A stretch of 64,000 nucleotides of DNA from Chloroflexota bacterium (lineage in GTDB: Bacteria; Chloroflexota; UBA11872): positions 2,379,226-2,443,225 of the forward strand of contig OY764080.1 of NCBI GenBank assembly GCA_963667925.1, written 5' to 3'. Positions 19,440 through 29,313 of this stretch are shown piece after piece (within the stretch, counting starts at the first letter, position 1; the number at the start of each line of letters is the position of its first letter). The position numbers and the translations under genes are program-made. Under the pieces are notes generated by a model that made no database searches, was not told the DNA's origin, and saw only the letters and a list, made by a program, of their open reading frames with translations.

Positions 19440-20186
19440 TCACAGGCCTCGCCCCTCCGGCTCAACGCCAAACGCGTGGAGCCTGTCTTGTGTCATTCGT
19501 ATCGCCACGAGGGCCAGGGTGCTCGCCATGAGGAACACCGCCGGGAATATGAGCAGCATACTGAGCGCAATGCTGCCAAGCACGACGATGAAGTAGGCAA
19601 CTGACGATCCCGGCGCGCTGAGCGCCATGACCGTCGCGTTGCGGAACAAGTGATAAATGGACATGTCGTATCGGATGAACATCGGGAAGAGGTAGGCCTG
19701 GGCCGCTGTCCACAGGACCACGAAGTAGAGCGAGAGGAATCCAAAGGCCTGAATCAGCAACTGGCCGGTCCCGGTGTAGAAAATGAAGCCCACGATCAAT
19801 CCGTAGAGCAGAAACAGGTCAACCACGAACAGCAGCCAGGCACGTACGAAATTGGATCGAAAGCCGTGCCAGAAGTCGCGCAGCTCAATGTTCTCGTACT
19901 CGATGTGGCGATGCGCTACATGGAAGAGCGCGGCGGTCCCCGGCCCGGCCAGCGCACCGCCCACAACGGTCCCACCCACGATGAACACAAAGAACTGCAC
20001 GCCCGTGCCTGCCGCGTCCGCCTGCAGCACCGCTTGCTGCAATGCCGAGGCGCCTGGGATCCCGACAATCGGAACCAGCGGCACGATCGTGAGAAACCAG
20101 AGCAGGTTTCCGACCAACGCGAGCGAGCGAAGGTCGTAGTAGACCTGGGCGAACCCCCACCAGGTGTGTCGAAAAACGTCAGCCAC
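19440..20186 (-). CDS. YesL-family (DUF624) integral membrane protein
   Basis: Multi-TM protein whose N-terminal pattern (FRHTWWGF...LWFLTIVPLVPIVG) resembles YesL proteins that accompany sugar ABC systems. Confidence 0.6.
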   Translation of the reverse strand: MADVFRHTWWGFAQVYYDLRSLALVGNLLWFLTIVPLVPIVGIPGASALQQAVLQADAAGTGVQFFVFIVGGTVVGGALAGPGTAALFHVAHRHIEYENIELRDFWHGFRSNFVRAWLLFVVDLFLLYGLIVGFIFYTGTGQLLIQAFGFLSLYFVVLWTAAQAYLFPMFIRYDMSIYHLFRNATVMALSAPGSSVAYFIVVLGSIALSMLLIFPAVFLMASTLALVAIRMTQDRLHAFGVEPEGRGL

Positions 20187-20300
20187 GGCGCCTCGCTGCC
20201 GAAACGTACACAGCCATATCCCCTACGTCGCATGGTAGCGGAGACTGGGGCCCGGGCTGCGTTCCAGTTTCTCCCGTGCCTCGCGGTCCTGGCGTGCCGG

Positions 20301-21209
20301 TCAGGCCGGAACTCGCGCTGGTAGTCGATCAAGCATATCGCGCAGTAGGTGCGTGGTATGACTCGTGCTTCCGCAGCACGACCCGACAACTGACACGCCG
20401 GCATCAATCCACCGTCGAGCGAACTCAACCATTCGCTCCGGCGGATACAGGTAGCAGACCCGACCATCAATCAGCTCGGGGACGCCGGCATTGGACTGGG
20501 CCATGAGAGGGCGCCGGGGACCCGCGGCCAGCATCTGGTCGAGGACTTGCGTCATTTCTTCGGGACCGTTGCCGCAGTTGCAGCCAACGACCGCCGCACC
20601 CGCGTCTTCGCACGCGCGCATTCCGTCGGCCGGGGCCACGCCCATCATGGTGTGCAGGTTGATGTCATAGGTCATGGTGGCGAAAACGGGCAACCCTGTC
20701 GAAGCCGCCGCCTGAATCGCGATTTGGACTTCGCGAATGTCACTGAACGTCTCGCAGAGCAGGAGATCCACGCCTCCGGCAGCCAGCTGCTCCGCCTGAA
20801 TTTGAAAAGCCTCGGTCATCTGGGCTTCGGTTACGTCGCCGAGCGGCTCGAGAAAGTCACCGCTTTGCCCGATGTCGCCGGCAACCCAGGCGTCGTCGCC
20901 GGCGACGGCCCGAGCCTGCTCGGCCGCACCGCGGTTGATGGCCTCGGACTGTTCCACCAGGCCGGCTCGCTGCAGTCGGATCAGGTTGCCGCCGAAAGTG
21001 TTAGTCGATAGCACGTCGGCGCCGGCGTCCACGTAGGCCTGGTAAACCTGAGCCATGCGGTCGGGGAAGCGCAGGGTGGCCTCCTCAGGCGCTTCCCAGT
21101 CACGTTCGGGGAAGTCATTGAGGAGGGAGCCCATGGCGCCATCGAAAAGCAGTGGGCGACAGTCGAGAGCGTGCAGGAGAGCGTCAGAGGTAGATCGGTC
21201 AACAGCCAT
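20301..21209 (-). CDS. Homocysteine S-methyltransferase-domain protein (PF02574-like)
   Basis: LLFDGAMGSLL N-terminus and C-terminal Cys cluster (GCNCG, GSCCG) typical of the Hcy-binding domain. Confidence 0.75.
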   Translation of the reverse strand: MAVDRSTSDALLHALDCRPLLFDGAMGSLLNDFPERDWEAPEEATLRFPDRMAQVYQAYVDAGADVLSTNTFGGNLIRLQRAGLVEQSEAINRGAAEQARAVAGDDAWVAGDIGQSGDFLEPLGDVTEAQMTEAFQIQAEQLAAGGVDLLLCETFSDIREVQIAIQAAASTGLPVFATMTYDINLHTMMGVAPADGMRACEDAGAAVVGCNCGNGPEEMTQVLDQMLAAGPRRPLMAQSNAGVPELIDGRVCYLYPPERMVEFARRWIDAGVSVVGSCCGSTSHTTHLLRDMLDRLPARVPA

Positions 21210-21282
21210 GGGGTTTGTTCAGTCCCGGCCAGCTGGGCTCGGGCTATGGACCGAATATAGCAACGATCAACCGTCCGCTTGG

Positions 21283-22800
21283 TTACGTTTCGGCGCGTGC
21301 GGCAGCCTGCGCCGCCGCGGCGGCTCGATTCACCTGGGCCAGCGCCGGATAGAGGTCGCGATACCGGGCATAGGCCGCCTCAAGCGCAACGGCCTCCGTC
21401 GCCTTCGGATCTACCGTTGCGTGCGAAATAGCCGTCGCCTTCACGGCCTCGTCGACGGAAGCGAATTCGCCAGCCGCAACGGCGCCCAGGAGTGCCGCGC
21501 CGAAGGCCGGTCCCCGGCCGTCTGGTTCGATCCGCATCGGTGCGTTGAACACGTCCGCCACAATCTGCCGCCAGATGAGACTTCGAGCGCCTCCACCAGC
21601 CAGCTTGAAGCGATTGACCGATGCGCCAACACCCTGAATGGACTGAGCGGCGTCACGCAGGCTGAACGCCACACCCTCCAGTACCGCCCTCACGATGTCG
21701 GAGCTGCGGTGCGCCGTTGTAAGGCCAGTGAGCGCACCGCGAGCGTCGACATCAAGGTGCGGGGTGCGTTCGCCCTGTAGATAGGGCAGCCATAGCAGGC
21801 CGCGCGCTCCCGGCGGCGAGCTCTCCGCCTCGGCCACCAACTGCCTGTACGGAGTCCCTGGAAAGAACGTATCGCGAAGCCAGCGCAGGGATAGGCCGGC
21901 CGCCTGGGTCACGCCCATCAGGTACCACCGTTCCGGCGCGGCATGCGCGCCGACTTGAACGCGCCCGTCCGGCGCCGCGGCATAAGTCGAGGCGGCGGCA
22001 AACACGACGCCCGATGTTCCGATGGTCACGACGGCATCGCCTTCTGCGACGATTCCGGCCGCCACGGCGCCCGCTGGCTGGTCGCCCGCGCCGGCCGCGA
22101 TGGGGATTCCGGGACGCAAGCCAAGTCGGGCGGCCGCGTTGGACGTTAGACGACCCGCCGTCCGGGGCGACTCCTGGATACCAGGCAGCCAGGCGTGGTC
22201 AATCTCCAGGGTCTCCAGCATTTGACTGGACCAACGGCGCGCGGCCGAATCGAAATATCCAGTGCCGCTGGCGTCAGATACGTCCGTCCAACAGTCGTCC
22301 GACAAGCGCAGCCGGATGAAGTCTTTGGGCAGCAAAACGTGCGCGGTGCGTTCGAACAGACGCGGCTCGTGCTTGCGGACCCAGACGATCTTGGGAGCCT
22401 GGAATCCCTCCAGGGGCAAGTTGCCGGTGTACTTGATGAGGGCAGGGATTCCCAGGGAGCCTTCAAGCTCACGTCGCTGCGGTCCGGTTCGAAGATCGCA
22501 CCAGAGAATCGCGTCACGCAGAGGACGCTGCCGCTCATCGAGCAGAGTCAGGCCATGCATCTGTCCGGTGAGTCCGATTGCGCAAACCTCATCCGGTCGT
22601 TCGGCTTGCGAGGCCACCGCAGCCATCGCGTCAAAGGCTGCCGCTTCCCAGGCCTCTGGTGACTGTTCGGCCCAGCCCGGCTGGGGCGTTTGCAATTCGT
22701 AGGAGGTCTCGTGGACTGCGCGGGTGCGGCCCGACGTGTCGGCCAGCACGGCACGCGCGCCAGTAGTTCCCAGATCCAGCCCAATAACCAGGCCTGCGCT
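21283..22800 (-). CDS. FGGY-family carbohydrate kinase (xylulokinase/rhamnulokinase-like)
   Basis: GLDLGTTGARAVLAD N-terminus and FGGY C-terminal domain. Start assigned near GTG ~22800 (VSAGLVIGLDLG); the ORF-track extension to 22884 overlaps the upstream gene. Confidence 0.8.
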   Translation of the reverse strand, partial: SAGLVIGLDLGTTGARAVLADTSGRTRAVHETSYELQTPQPGWAEQSPEAWEAAAFDAMAAVASQAERPDEVCAIGLTGQMHGLTLLDERQRPLRDAILWCDLRTGPQRRELEGSLGIPALIKYTGNLPLEGFQAPKIVWVRKHEPRLFERTAHVLLPKDFIRLRLSDDCWTDVSDASGTGYFDSAARRWSSQMLETLEIDHAWLPGIQESPRTAGRLTSNAAARLGLRPGIPIAAGAGDQPAGAVAAGIVAEGDAVVTIGTSGVVFAAASTYAAAPDGRVQVGAHAAPERWYLMGVTQAAGLSLRWLRDTFFPGTPYRQLVAEAESSPPGARGLLWLPYLQGERTPHLDVDARGALTGLTTAHRSSDIVRAVLEGVAFSLRDAAQSIQGVGASVNRFKLAGGGARSLIWRQIVADVFNAPMRIEPDGRGPAFGAALLGAVAAGEFASVDEAVKATAISHATVDPKATEAVALEAAYARYRDLYPALAQVNRAAAAAQAAARAET

Positions 22801-23912
22801 CACGTGGCTACGTCCGAGGAGTCGCGGAATGGATCTGTCACCAGGTCGATCGGCTCCACTCGCACCCCCGGCGCCGCCCGCCAAAGCGGGAATGCGGATG
22901 CGGCGCCACGGTCAACGATTGCCTTGGCCATCCACGTTGGGTCGTCATGCAGCACGATAATCGTTCCGCCCAGACCCGCCCCGGCCAGCTTGGCCCCGCG
23001 CGCGCCGAGCTGGGTCGCCTGCGCAATCAGGGCGTCGACGACTGGGCCGGAACCGCCAACGGTGGCGACGTGGCGATGCGCTGCGTTCATGGCCGCCCCC
23101 ACCGCCGCCCAGTCTTGCGCAAGGACATGGCGCTTGGCCTGACGAGCGATCGTGCCCAGCGCGTGCATCGCGGCGCGCACCGCGCGGTCGCCTTCAACCC
23201 AGCGGGCGCGCAGGGGTCGATGGGTTTCGCCTGAATCGCGCTGACGCCCGGTATGTGCCAGCACGAACGGAAGCGCGGTCTCGGGATCCAGCAGGGGCTC
23301 GACGGTCGCCAGCGGGTCGACACGCGGTCCTCGCCAGTGCTCCTTGTCCCGAAAGTCCATGCATGTGAGACCACCAAACGTCGTTGCGTAGAAGTCCTGG
23401 AAGCCGCAGGTGACACCCATCCGGCTGAACTCGATCTCGCGTGCCGTTTCCGCAAACTCATGCCGAGGGGTCTGGCGCCCAAGCCATATGTTCGTGGCGT
23501 GCAGGGCCGCAACCAACAGGGCGCTGCTGCTCGAAAGACCGGCGCTTGGCGGAACATTGCTCCAGCAGCGAATCTCGGCCCGGTCGTCCTGCATGCCCTG
23601 CGCCGTGACCACCGCCTTGAGAACGTTCAGATAGGTTGAATGCCGGGCGGCCGACAGTTCAGACGGGTTCATTCGGGCCGCGCTGGCGGCGGCTGGCGGC
23701 GGGACCAATCGAAGGTCATCGGGGGACTGCACGGTGAGATCGAGGCCGGCGTCCAGTGCCGACAGCCGTAGACGTGGCGCCGCGCGGATGGCGACGAAAG
23801 CACGCTTCGGAACGGCGGCGGCAATGACGGTGCCACCGTACATGTCGCTGGGATTGCCGAGCAGCCCGGCCCGCCCGGGCGCCGACACAACGACCGGTGA
23901 CCCAGCGGTCAC
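22800..23912 (-). CDS. GHMP-family sugar kinase
   Basis: GHMP motif PPSAGLSSSSAL and a C-terminal GHMP domain. Confidence 0.75.
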   Translation of the reverse strand: MTAGSPVVVSAPGRAGLLGNPSDMYGGTVIAAAVPKRAFVAIRAAPRLRLSALDAGLDLTVQSPDDLRLVPPPAAASAARMNPSELSAARHSTYLNVLKAVVTAQGMQDDRAEIRCWSNVPPSAGLSSSSALLVAALHATNIWLGRQTPRHEFAETAREIEFSRMGVTCGFQDFYATTFGGLTCMDFRDKEHWRGPRVDPLATVEPLLDPETALPFVLAHTGRQRDSGETHRPLRARWVEGDRAVRAAMHALGTIARQAKRHVLAQDWAAVGAAMNAAHRHVATVGGSGPVVDALIAQATQLGARGAKLAGAGLGGTIIVLHDDPTWMAKAIVDRGAASAFPLWRAAPGVRVEPIDLVTDPFRDSSDVAT

Positions 23913-24802
23913 AGTCGCTGGCCAAGCTCGCTCACGTACTGCCGAACGCTTGCCCCGTACTGCGGGTCGGTAAGTGCGAAGTCAATGAACGCGCGGTAGT
24001 ACGACTCGAAATTGCCGATGTCGTAGCGGCGCTCACTGGCATCCAGCGGAACGACCCGAACCGGTGGCCGTTCACGCGCCAGGATTGCGATGGAGTCCGT
24101 CAGCCAGCGTTCCCCACCCAACCCAGGTCTGGTGGCCTCGATCGCATCGAATATCTCGGGACCGAAGACGTAGCGCGGGACGATAGCGAGGTCGCTCGGA
24201 GCAGTCCCCGCCGCAGGCTTTTCGACGAGGTCAGCGGCGATGAGGCCTCCATCGACCTCACGCACGTCAACGATGCCGTAGCGGAACGCGTCTTCTTGCG
24301 CGATCTGTTCAACCGCCACAGCGCCGCTGGCCTCGCCCTCGCCGTGAGCTGCGATGAGCCGCGCCACCAGATTGGCGCCGCGAATAATGGTGTCGCCGAA
24401 TGCGACGACTATCGGCTCGCCTCCGGCAAAGTCACGTGCCAGTCCTACCGCGTCCGCAACCCCACTGGGAGTGCCCTGGCGCGTATAGAACACGCCGCGA
24501 ATGCCGTCGGCAATCGGCAGATCGGCGGAATCAACGTTCCCCGCCTGCTGCAGAAGCCGGCTGAGTTCGAGATCGGCATCGAAATGGTCTTCGATAGCCG
24601 CCTTCTTGCGGCCAGTTATCAACAGGATCTGCTCGATACCGGCTGCACGAAGCTCTTCAACCACGTACTGAACGACGGGCTTCCGGCCTACCGGGAGCAT
24701 TTCCTTGGGCTGAGACTTGGTTGCCGGAAACAGGCGTGTCCCAATCCCCGCAACCGGAACCACGGCTTTGCGCACGGGACTGGGAGAGGCGACGGTGTGC
24801 AC
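23909..24802 (-). CDS. UTP--glucose-1-phosphate uridylyltransferase-like NDP-sugar pyrophosphorylase
   Basis: KAVVPVAGIGTRLFPATKSQPKEMLPV...GRKKAAIEDHFD GalU-type N-terminus. 4-nt overlap with the GHMP kinase gene. Confidence 0.85.
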   Translation of the reverse strand: MHTVASPSPVRKAVVPVAGIGTRLFPATKSQPKEMLPVGRKPVVQYVVEELRAAGIEQILLITGRKKAAIEDHFDADLELSRLLQQAGNVDSADLPIADGIRGVFYTRQGTPSGVADAVGLARDFAGGEPIVVAFGDTIIRGANLVARLIAAHGEGEASGAVAVEQIAQEDAFRYGIVDVREVDGGLIAADLVEKPAAGTAPSDLAIVPRYVFGPEIFDAIEATRPGLGGERWLTDSIAILARERPPVRVVPLDASERRYDIGNFESYYRAFIDFALTDPQYGASVRQYVSELGQRL

Positions 24803-24966
24803 TGGCTACCGACCGAACGGACCGCAAGCGACCGGACGCTAGCATACGCAGATCTACGACTCGGCTGGCCGTGCATCACGCGCGGCCTCGTTTGACGATC
24901 TGACTTGTACAGCCGTTACATGGTGTCTGTCGCGCCAGGCACGGCGGCGAAGTGAGGTAAGTCTGC

Positions 24967-25560
24967 GTGCGTCGTGCATTGGTGCTCGGTCTGTGGTTGC
25001 TCCTGGCCCTCGCCGGCGTGCTTGTAGTGCTCGGAGTGTTCGCCACACGCGGCACAGTCGACGTCTCGGATCTGGCGCGTCTGGAGCCAGACGCCCTCGT
25101 GAGCGCGCGGGCGGAGGCCAAGCTCGGCGCCTTTGGCCAGACATCGGAGCAGGCACGCCTCGCGGGTCGCTCGATCCCGGCGCAGGTTGCCTTTACCCAC
25201 GACGAACTGACCGCCCTTGTGCGGGATTGGGGCATGCAAGAGCATGGATTCGGTTCGATCACCGAGATGCAGCTCACCTTCCGTCCCGGAACAATCACGC
25301 TGACAGGCATCCTGCATTCGGCGGGCTTGAGTTTTCCGTTTCGCCTGGACATCGCCGTCACGACCGAGAACAGTCAGCGCACGGCCGAGATCACCCGATT
25401 TCAGGTAGGCGAGATGTATGCGCCCGGCTTCATACGGTCACTTGCCCTTGCGCTTGCCGAACGCACGCTGGACGCCGGGCTGCCACGACTGCCCATCGCC
25501 ATTGAGACGATTGTGGTTACCGACGGCGAACTGCTCGTCTCCGGGGCCGCCGTTCCCTAG
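24967..25560 (+). CDS. Hypothetical membrane-anchored protein (N-terminal TM/signal anchor; DUF2993/LmeA-like?)
   Basis: N-terminal hydrophobic segment LVLGLWLLLALAGVLVVLGVF; no recognisable catalytic motifs. Confidence 0.5.
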   Translation: MRRALVLGLWLLLALAGVLVVLGVFATRGTVDVSDLARLEPDALVSARAEAKLGAFGQTSEQARLAGRSIPAQVAFTHDELTALVRDWGMQEHGFGSITEMQLTFRPGTITLTGILHSAGLSFPFRLDIAVTTENSQRTAEITRFQVGEMYAPGFIRSLALALAERTLDAGLPRLPIAIETIVVTDGELLVSGAAVP

Positions 25561-25581
25561 GCCCTGCGAGCTGCCCGCGCG

Positions 25582-27591
25582 TCAGCGCGGAAACGCCCCA
25601 CGGACGCCGCCATCAACCGGCAAGACGGCGCCGGTGGTCTTGGCCGAACGATCGCTCGCAAGAAAAAGCACGGCCTCGGCTACGTCGTCCGCGCCAATCG
25701 GGGCTTGCAGAAGATTCCTGCGTCGATAGAAGTCTTCCAGCTGGTCAAGCGCCACACCGTGAGCTGCGGCTCGACCCGCCCGGAGTTCGTGGCTCCACAG
25801 CCGGGAATCAGTGAACACCGCGTCAGGATTGACCATGTTGACCCGGATTCCGTGCTCGCCGTTCTCTATGGCGAGCACGCGGCCCAGTTGCAACTGGGCC
25901 GCCTTGGCAGCGCTGTAGGCCCCAAAGCCCCGGCCGGGATCGAAGGCATTCTTGGTGCAAACCAGGACTACGCTGCCGCCGATACCCTGGGCGCACATTG
26001 CGCGAACGGCTGCACGGGTCACAAGAAAGTGCCCTGTGGCATTGACGTCAAGACTGCGCTCCCACGCGTCAAGCTCCAGGCTGGAAATTGACGCAGCGTC
26101 GGCAATGCCGGCGTTCGAGACGACGATGTCGATTCCACCTACCGCGCAAACCACCTGCCGCATGGCCGAATCAACGGCCAGCTGGTCCGTCACGTCCAGG
26201 CACAGCGCGTCGGCCGCATCACCGGAGTGACGTATCCGACTGGCAACCTCCTCGGCGCCAGGCTCGTCAATGTCGGACACAAAGACGTGGGCGCCCGCTG
26301 CAGCCAGCGACAGGGCGGAGGCACGGCCGATTCCACTCGCCGCTCCGGTCACGAGTGCTACCCGTCCGGCGAGATCACGATCCGGCGGTGCCAGCCTGAG
26401 TTTGTACAACTCCAACGGCCAGTACTCGATGTCGAACAGGTCGCGCTCTGGAAGCGCGGCGTAACCGCCCATTGATTCGGCGCCGTCGATCACGTCCATG
26501 GTGTGGCGGTAGATGCGAGCCACGGCGTCGGCCTCGGCGGCCGTACGGCCGCTGGCAAACATGCCGACACCCGGCGCGAGCACAACCCGAGGACCTGGGT
26601 CATGTCTGAAGTCGCTGTCGGAATCGGCGTGTTCATTGACGTAGGCGTCGTACGCAGCCTCATAGCCGGCCACCGCCCGCGGCGCGTCCTCAGGATCTGC
26701 TGACTCCAACACCAGCGGCAGACGCTTCGTCCGAAGCACGTGGTCAGGGGTGGCAGGGCCTTGCTGAGAGAGCCGGGCGACATCCGGCTGGTCGACAAAT
26801 GCGCAAACCCTGGGGCTCGTGTCCGACCGGACGACCATGTGTCGGCGACGGCTCAACAGGCTGCGGAGGGTCAGCGCGAGACTCGCGACGTCTGCCTCCG
26901 ATTTGGCCGTTGCCTGTCGCGGCCCAGACCAGGACCTCGCGATTCGGCTTTCAGCCAGTGAAACAAGCTCGACGTGACGTTCGTAGGACTCTTGCGCGGT
27001 CTCCCCGAACGTCACCAGCCCGTGTTTATCGAGTACGAGGCCGCTGACCGATGGATCGGCGTCATAAACGTCGGCGGCCGCCTTTGAGAGATCGAAGCCG
27101 GGCTTGATGTAAGGAACCAAACCGACAGCTCCGCGCAGGGCGTCGTGAACACGCGCGGCCCCGTCGGGCTGGTTGGTCAGGGTGAGGATCGCGTCGGCAT
27201 GGCTGTGGTCAATCCAGTCCAGCGGGATGAAGGCATGCAGCAAGGTCTCGATAGACGGTCGAGGCGCGCCCGTATCGAGGAGCGCCAGCGTGACCAGTTC
27301 GACCATGGCGTCGTCGTCCAGGGTCTCGCGTTCGCGTAGCTGAAGCAGGTCGTCGAGGGCGAGGGGGGCAAATCCCTCCGGGCCGATCGAGGCCAGATCG
27401 GTCCCACTACCCTTGATGGTGAGCGTCTGTCGCATACCCCCGCGCGGGTCTGAACGCAGGTGCTTGACCGACGTGTTCCCGCCACCAAAGAGGACCAGCG
27501 AGGGTTCAGCGCCGAGCAGGCGCGAGGTGTACACACGCAACGCGAGTGGATCCAGTCCGGCAGCGGCCTGCGACGACCAGCGTGAGCGCAC
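25582..27591 (-). CDS. Bifunctional class II aldolase / short-chain dehydrogenase (rhamnulose-1-phosphate aldolase/alcohol dehydrogenase-like)
   Basis: N-terminal class II aldolase/adducin domain and C-terminal SDR (ALVTGAASGIGRASAL; NAG; YxxxK). GTG start at 27589-27591 avoids overlap with the CinA-like gene; the ORF track extends to 27672. Confidence 0.85.
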   Translation of the reverse strand: MRSRWSSQAAAGLDPLALRVYTSRLLGAEPSLVLFGGGNTSVKHLRSDPRGGMRQTLTIKGSGTDLASIGPEGFAPLALDDLLQLRERETLDDDAMVELVTLALLDTGAPRPSIETLLHAFIPLDWIDHSHADAILTLTNQPDGAARVHDALRGAVGLVPYIKPGFDLSKAAADVYDADPSVSGLVLDKHGLVTFGETAQESYERHVELVSLAESRIARSWSGPRQATAKSEADVASLALTLRSLLSRRRHMVVRSDTSPRVCAFVDQPDVARLSQQGPATPDHVLRTKRLPLVLESADPEDAPRAVAGYEAAYDAYVNEHADSDSDFRHDPGPRVVLAPGVGMFASGRTAAEADAVARIYRHTMDVIDGAESMGGYAALPERDLFDIEYWPLELYKLRLAPPDRDLAGRVALVTGAASGIGRASALSLAAAGAHVFVSDIDEPGAEEVASRIRHSGDAADALCLDVTDQLAVDSAMRQVVCAVGGIDIVVSNAGIADAASISSLELDAWERSLDVNATGHFLVTRAAVRAMCAQGIGGSVVLVCTKNAFDPGRGFGAYSAAKAAQLQLGRVLAIENGEHGIRVNMVNPDAVFTDSRLWSHELRAGRAAAHGVALDQLEDFYRRRNLLQAPIGADDVAEAVLFLASDRSAKTTGAVLPVDGGVRGAFPR

Positions 27592-27605
27592 CGGCTTGAA
27601 TCCAG

Positions 27606-28412
27606 TTAGTCGCGCAGCGGGGCTGTGGGCTTCAGCGTGACAGTCTTCCCGGCCTCGGCGGCTATTCCGCAAAAGAGGTCGTACGCGGCGTCGAGCTGGA
27701 CCTTCGGATCTCCGCCGTCAGTGCTGCGAACCACGATGTCAACCGGCAGCCCATTCACACGCGACTGCCCCACGTATGCCTTCAGATAGGCTGCGGGAAC
27801 CTCCCGCATCACCCGCTGCATAAACGGCGAGGTCTCCGATTCGAATGAGTCGATGTAGACACGCATTCGGGCGGTTTGGGAGGAGAACATTCCGAGCAGC
27901 GCCGGCCGGATGTGCTTCTCAAAACAACCCTCAACTTCGCGCGGTGGGCCGGGCATCGACCAGATCGTCGCCTCACCAACCACGGTCGAAAAGCACGGCG
28001 CCCACCCAACCGGGTTGATGTGCACGGTGGATGCCCGCGGTATCGAGCCCATTTTGAGCCGAGGCGGTACCGACACCTCTTCGATCGTCATGTTTCGACG
28101 CTCGGCATAGTCTTCAATGACCTCGTACGGCGTATGCGTATCACTGCCTGCCACTGAGGCAATCGCATCAACCGTCATGTCATCGGGCGTTGGTCCAAGA
28201 CCGCCGGTGGTCAGAATCGCGCGCGGCTCGCGTGCCACGGCGGCGCGCAATTCCGCGATCAGCGCATCCAGGTCGTCGGCCAGCGCCGTAATGCGGCGAA
28301 CGTCGCCGCCGGCAACCGACACTTCGCCGGCCAACCAGTGAGAGTTCGTGTCCAGCACCAGCCCGGACACGAGTTCCGTTCCGATCGAGAAGATCTCAAC
28401 GTCGTCGTTCAT
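27606..28412 (-). CDS. CinA-like molybdopterin-binding (MoCF_biosynth) domain protein
   Basis: EIFSIGTELVSGLVLDTNSHWLAGEV...TTGGLGPTPDDMT matches the CinA N-terminal domain. Confidence 0.7.
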   Translation of the reverse strand: MNDDVEIFSIGTELVSGLVLDTNSHWLAGEVSVAGGDVRRITALADDLDALIAELRAAVAREPRAILTTGGLGPTPDDMTVDAIASVAGSDTHTPYEVIEDYAERRNMTIEEVSVPPRLKMGSIPRASTVHINPVGWAPCFSTVVGEATIWSMPGPPREVEGCFEKHIRPALLGMFSSQTARMRVYIDSFESETSPFMQRVMREVPAAYLKAYVGQSRVNGLPVDIVVRSTDGGDPKVQLDAAYDLFCGIAAEAGKTVTLKPTAPLRD

Positions 28413-28470
28413 TGCGCCCGCCGCTGCGAATTGGTACCGGAAGGCATTCTAGGTTGAACCGCCCTGTGCG

Positions 28471-29313
28471 GTGCTAGCCTTCCGCCCGGCACGTCGACAG
28501 GTTGGCAGTGAAATGGGGTCCGACTGGTACGCGCAGCGCGGATTCTCGAAGGAGACCCTGCGGCGCGCGCGCGCCTGGTACCTGCAGTTCATCCCGGAAC
28601 CCGGCGATCTCCTGGACGTGGGATGCGGTCGCGGTGAGTTCCTCGCGGTAGCCGCCGAGGCGGGTCACCGGGTAGTTGGCATCGATCACGAACCTGAGAT
28701 GCTGGCACACGTTGGCAATCTGCCCGTGCACCAGGGCGACGCGCTCGACTTTCTTCAGAGCACGCCGGACCAGTACGACGCGATCACGGCATTCCACGTA
28801 ATCGAGCATTTGGCGGTTCGCGAGGCCGACGCCCTCGTTCAACTTGCCGCCGACCGGCTGCGGTCCGGGGGCAGGCTCATCATCGCGACTCCGAATCCAG
28901 GCAGCCTTCCGACCATTTCGCATGAATTCTGGCGCGACCCGACGCATGTTCGGCCTTATGACCGGGAACTGATCGAGTATTTGACCAACGCTGCCGGATT
29001 GGAGTCCGTCGCCGCGGGCGTCAACCCCGAGTCAGAGCGCGGTCTGCCGGTGGATCTGGCCGACCTTGGACTCACGCCGCCCGCGCAGTCTCAGGGCGAG
29101 TCGGGTCCACCAGACACCCGCGCATCACGTTGGGTCGCGGGGCAGTTGGCCGGCTCAAACTATGGGCGCGACCTTGAGCGGGCCATCCATGAGATTTCCG
29201 ACGGCTTGCTTCACACCCGCCAGGAATTGGCTCGCGTCGCTGGCGTGCTGCGACGGTTCCTGGAGGTGGCCTATGAGCCGTCGGAACTCTACGTAGTCGC
29301 GCGGCGTTCCTAG
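28471..29313 (+). CDS. Class I SAM-dependent methyltransferase
   Basis: Motif I LDVGCGRGEF. Start may be MGSDWY at 28513. Confidence 0.7.
   Translation: MLAFRPARRQVGSEMGSDWYAQRGFSKETLRRARAWYLQFIPEPGDLLDVGCGRGEFLAVAAEAGHRVVGIDHEPEMLAHVGNLPVHQGDALDFLQSTPDQYDAITAFHVIEHLAVREADALVQLAADRLRSGGRLIIATPNPGSLPTISHEFWRDPTHVRPYDRELIEYLTNAAGLESVAAGVNPESERGLPVDLADLGLTPPAQSQGESGPPDTRASRWVAGQLAGSNYGRDLERAIHEISDGLLHTRQELARVAGVLRRFLEVAYEPSELYVVARRS

Noticed and set aside
18381-19604. 407-aa plus-strand ORF opposite the ABC ATPase and YesL genes
   Set aside because: His/Val/Asp-rich antisense shadow spanning two real minus-strand genes.
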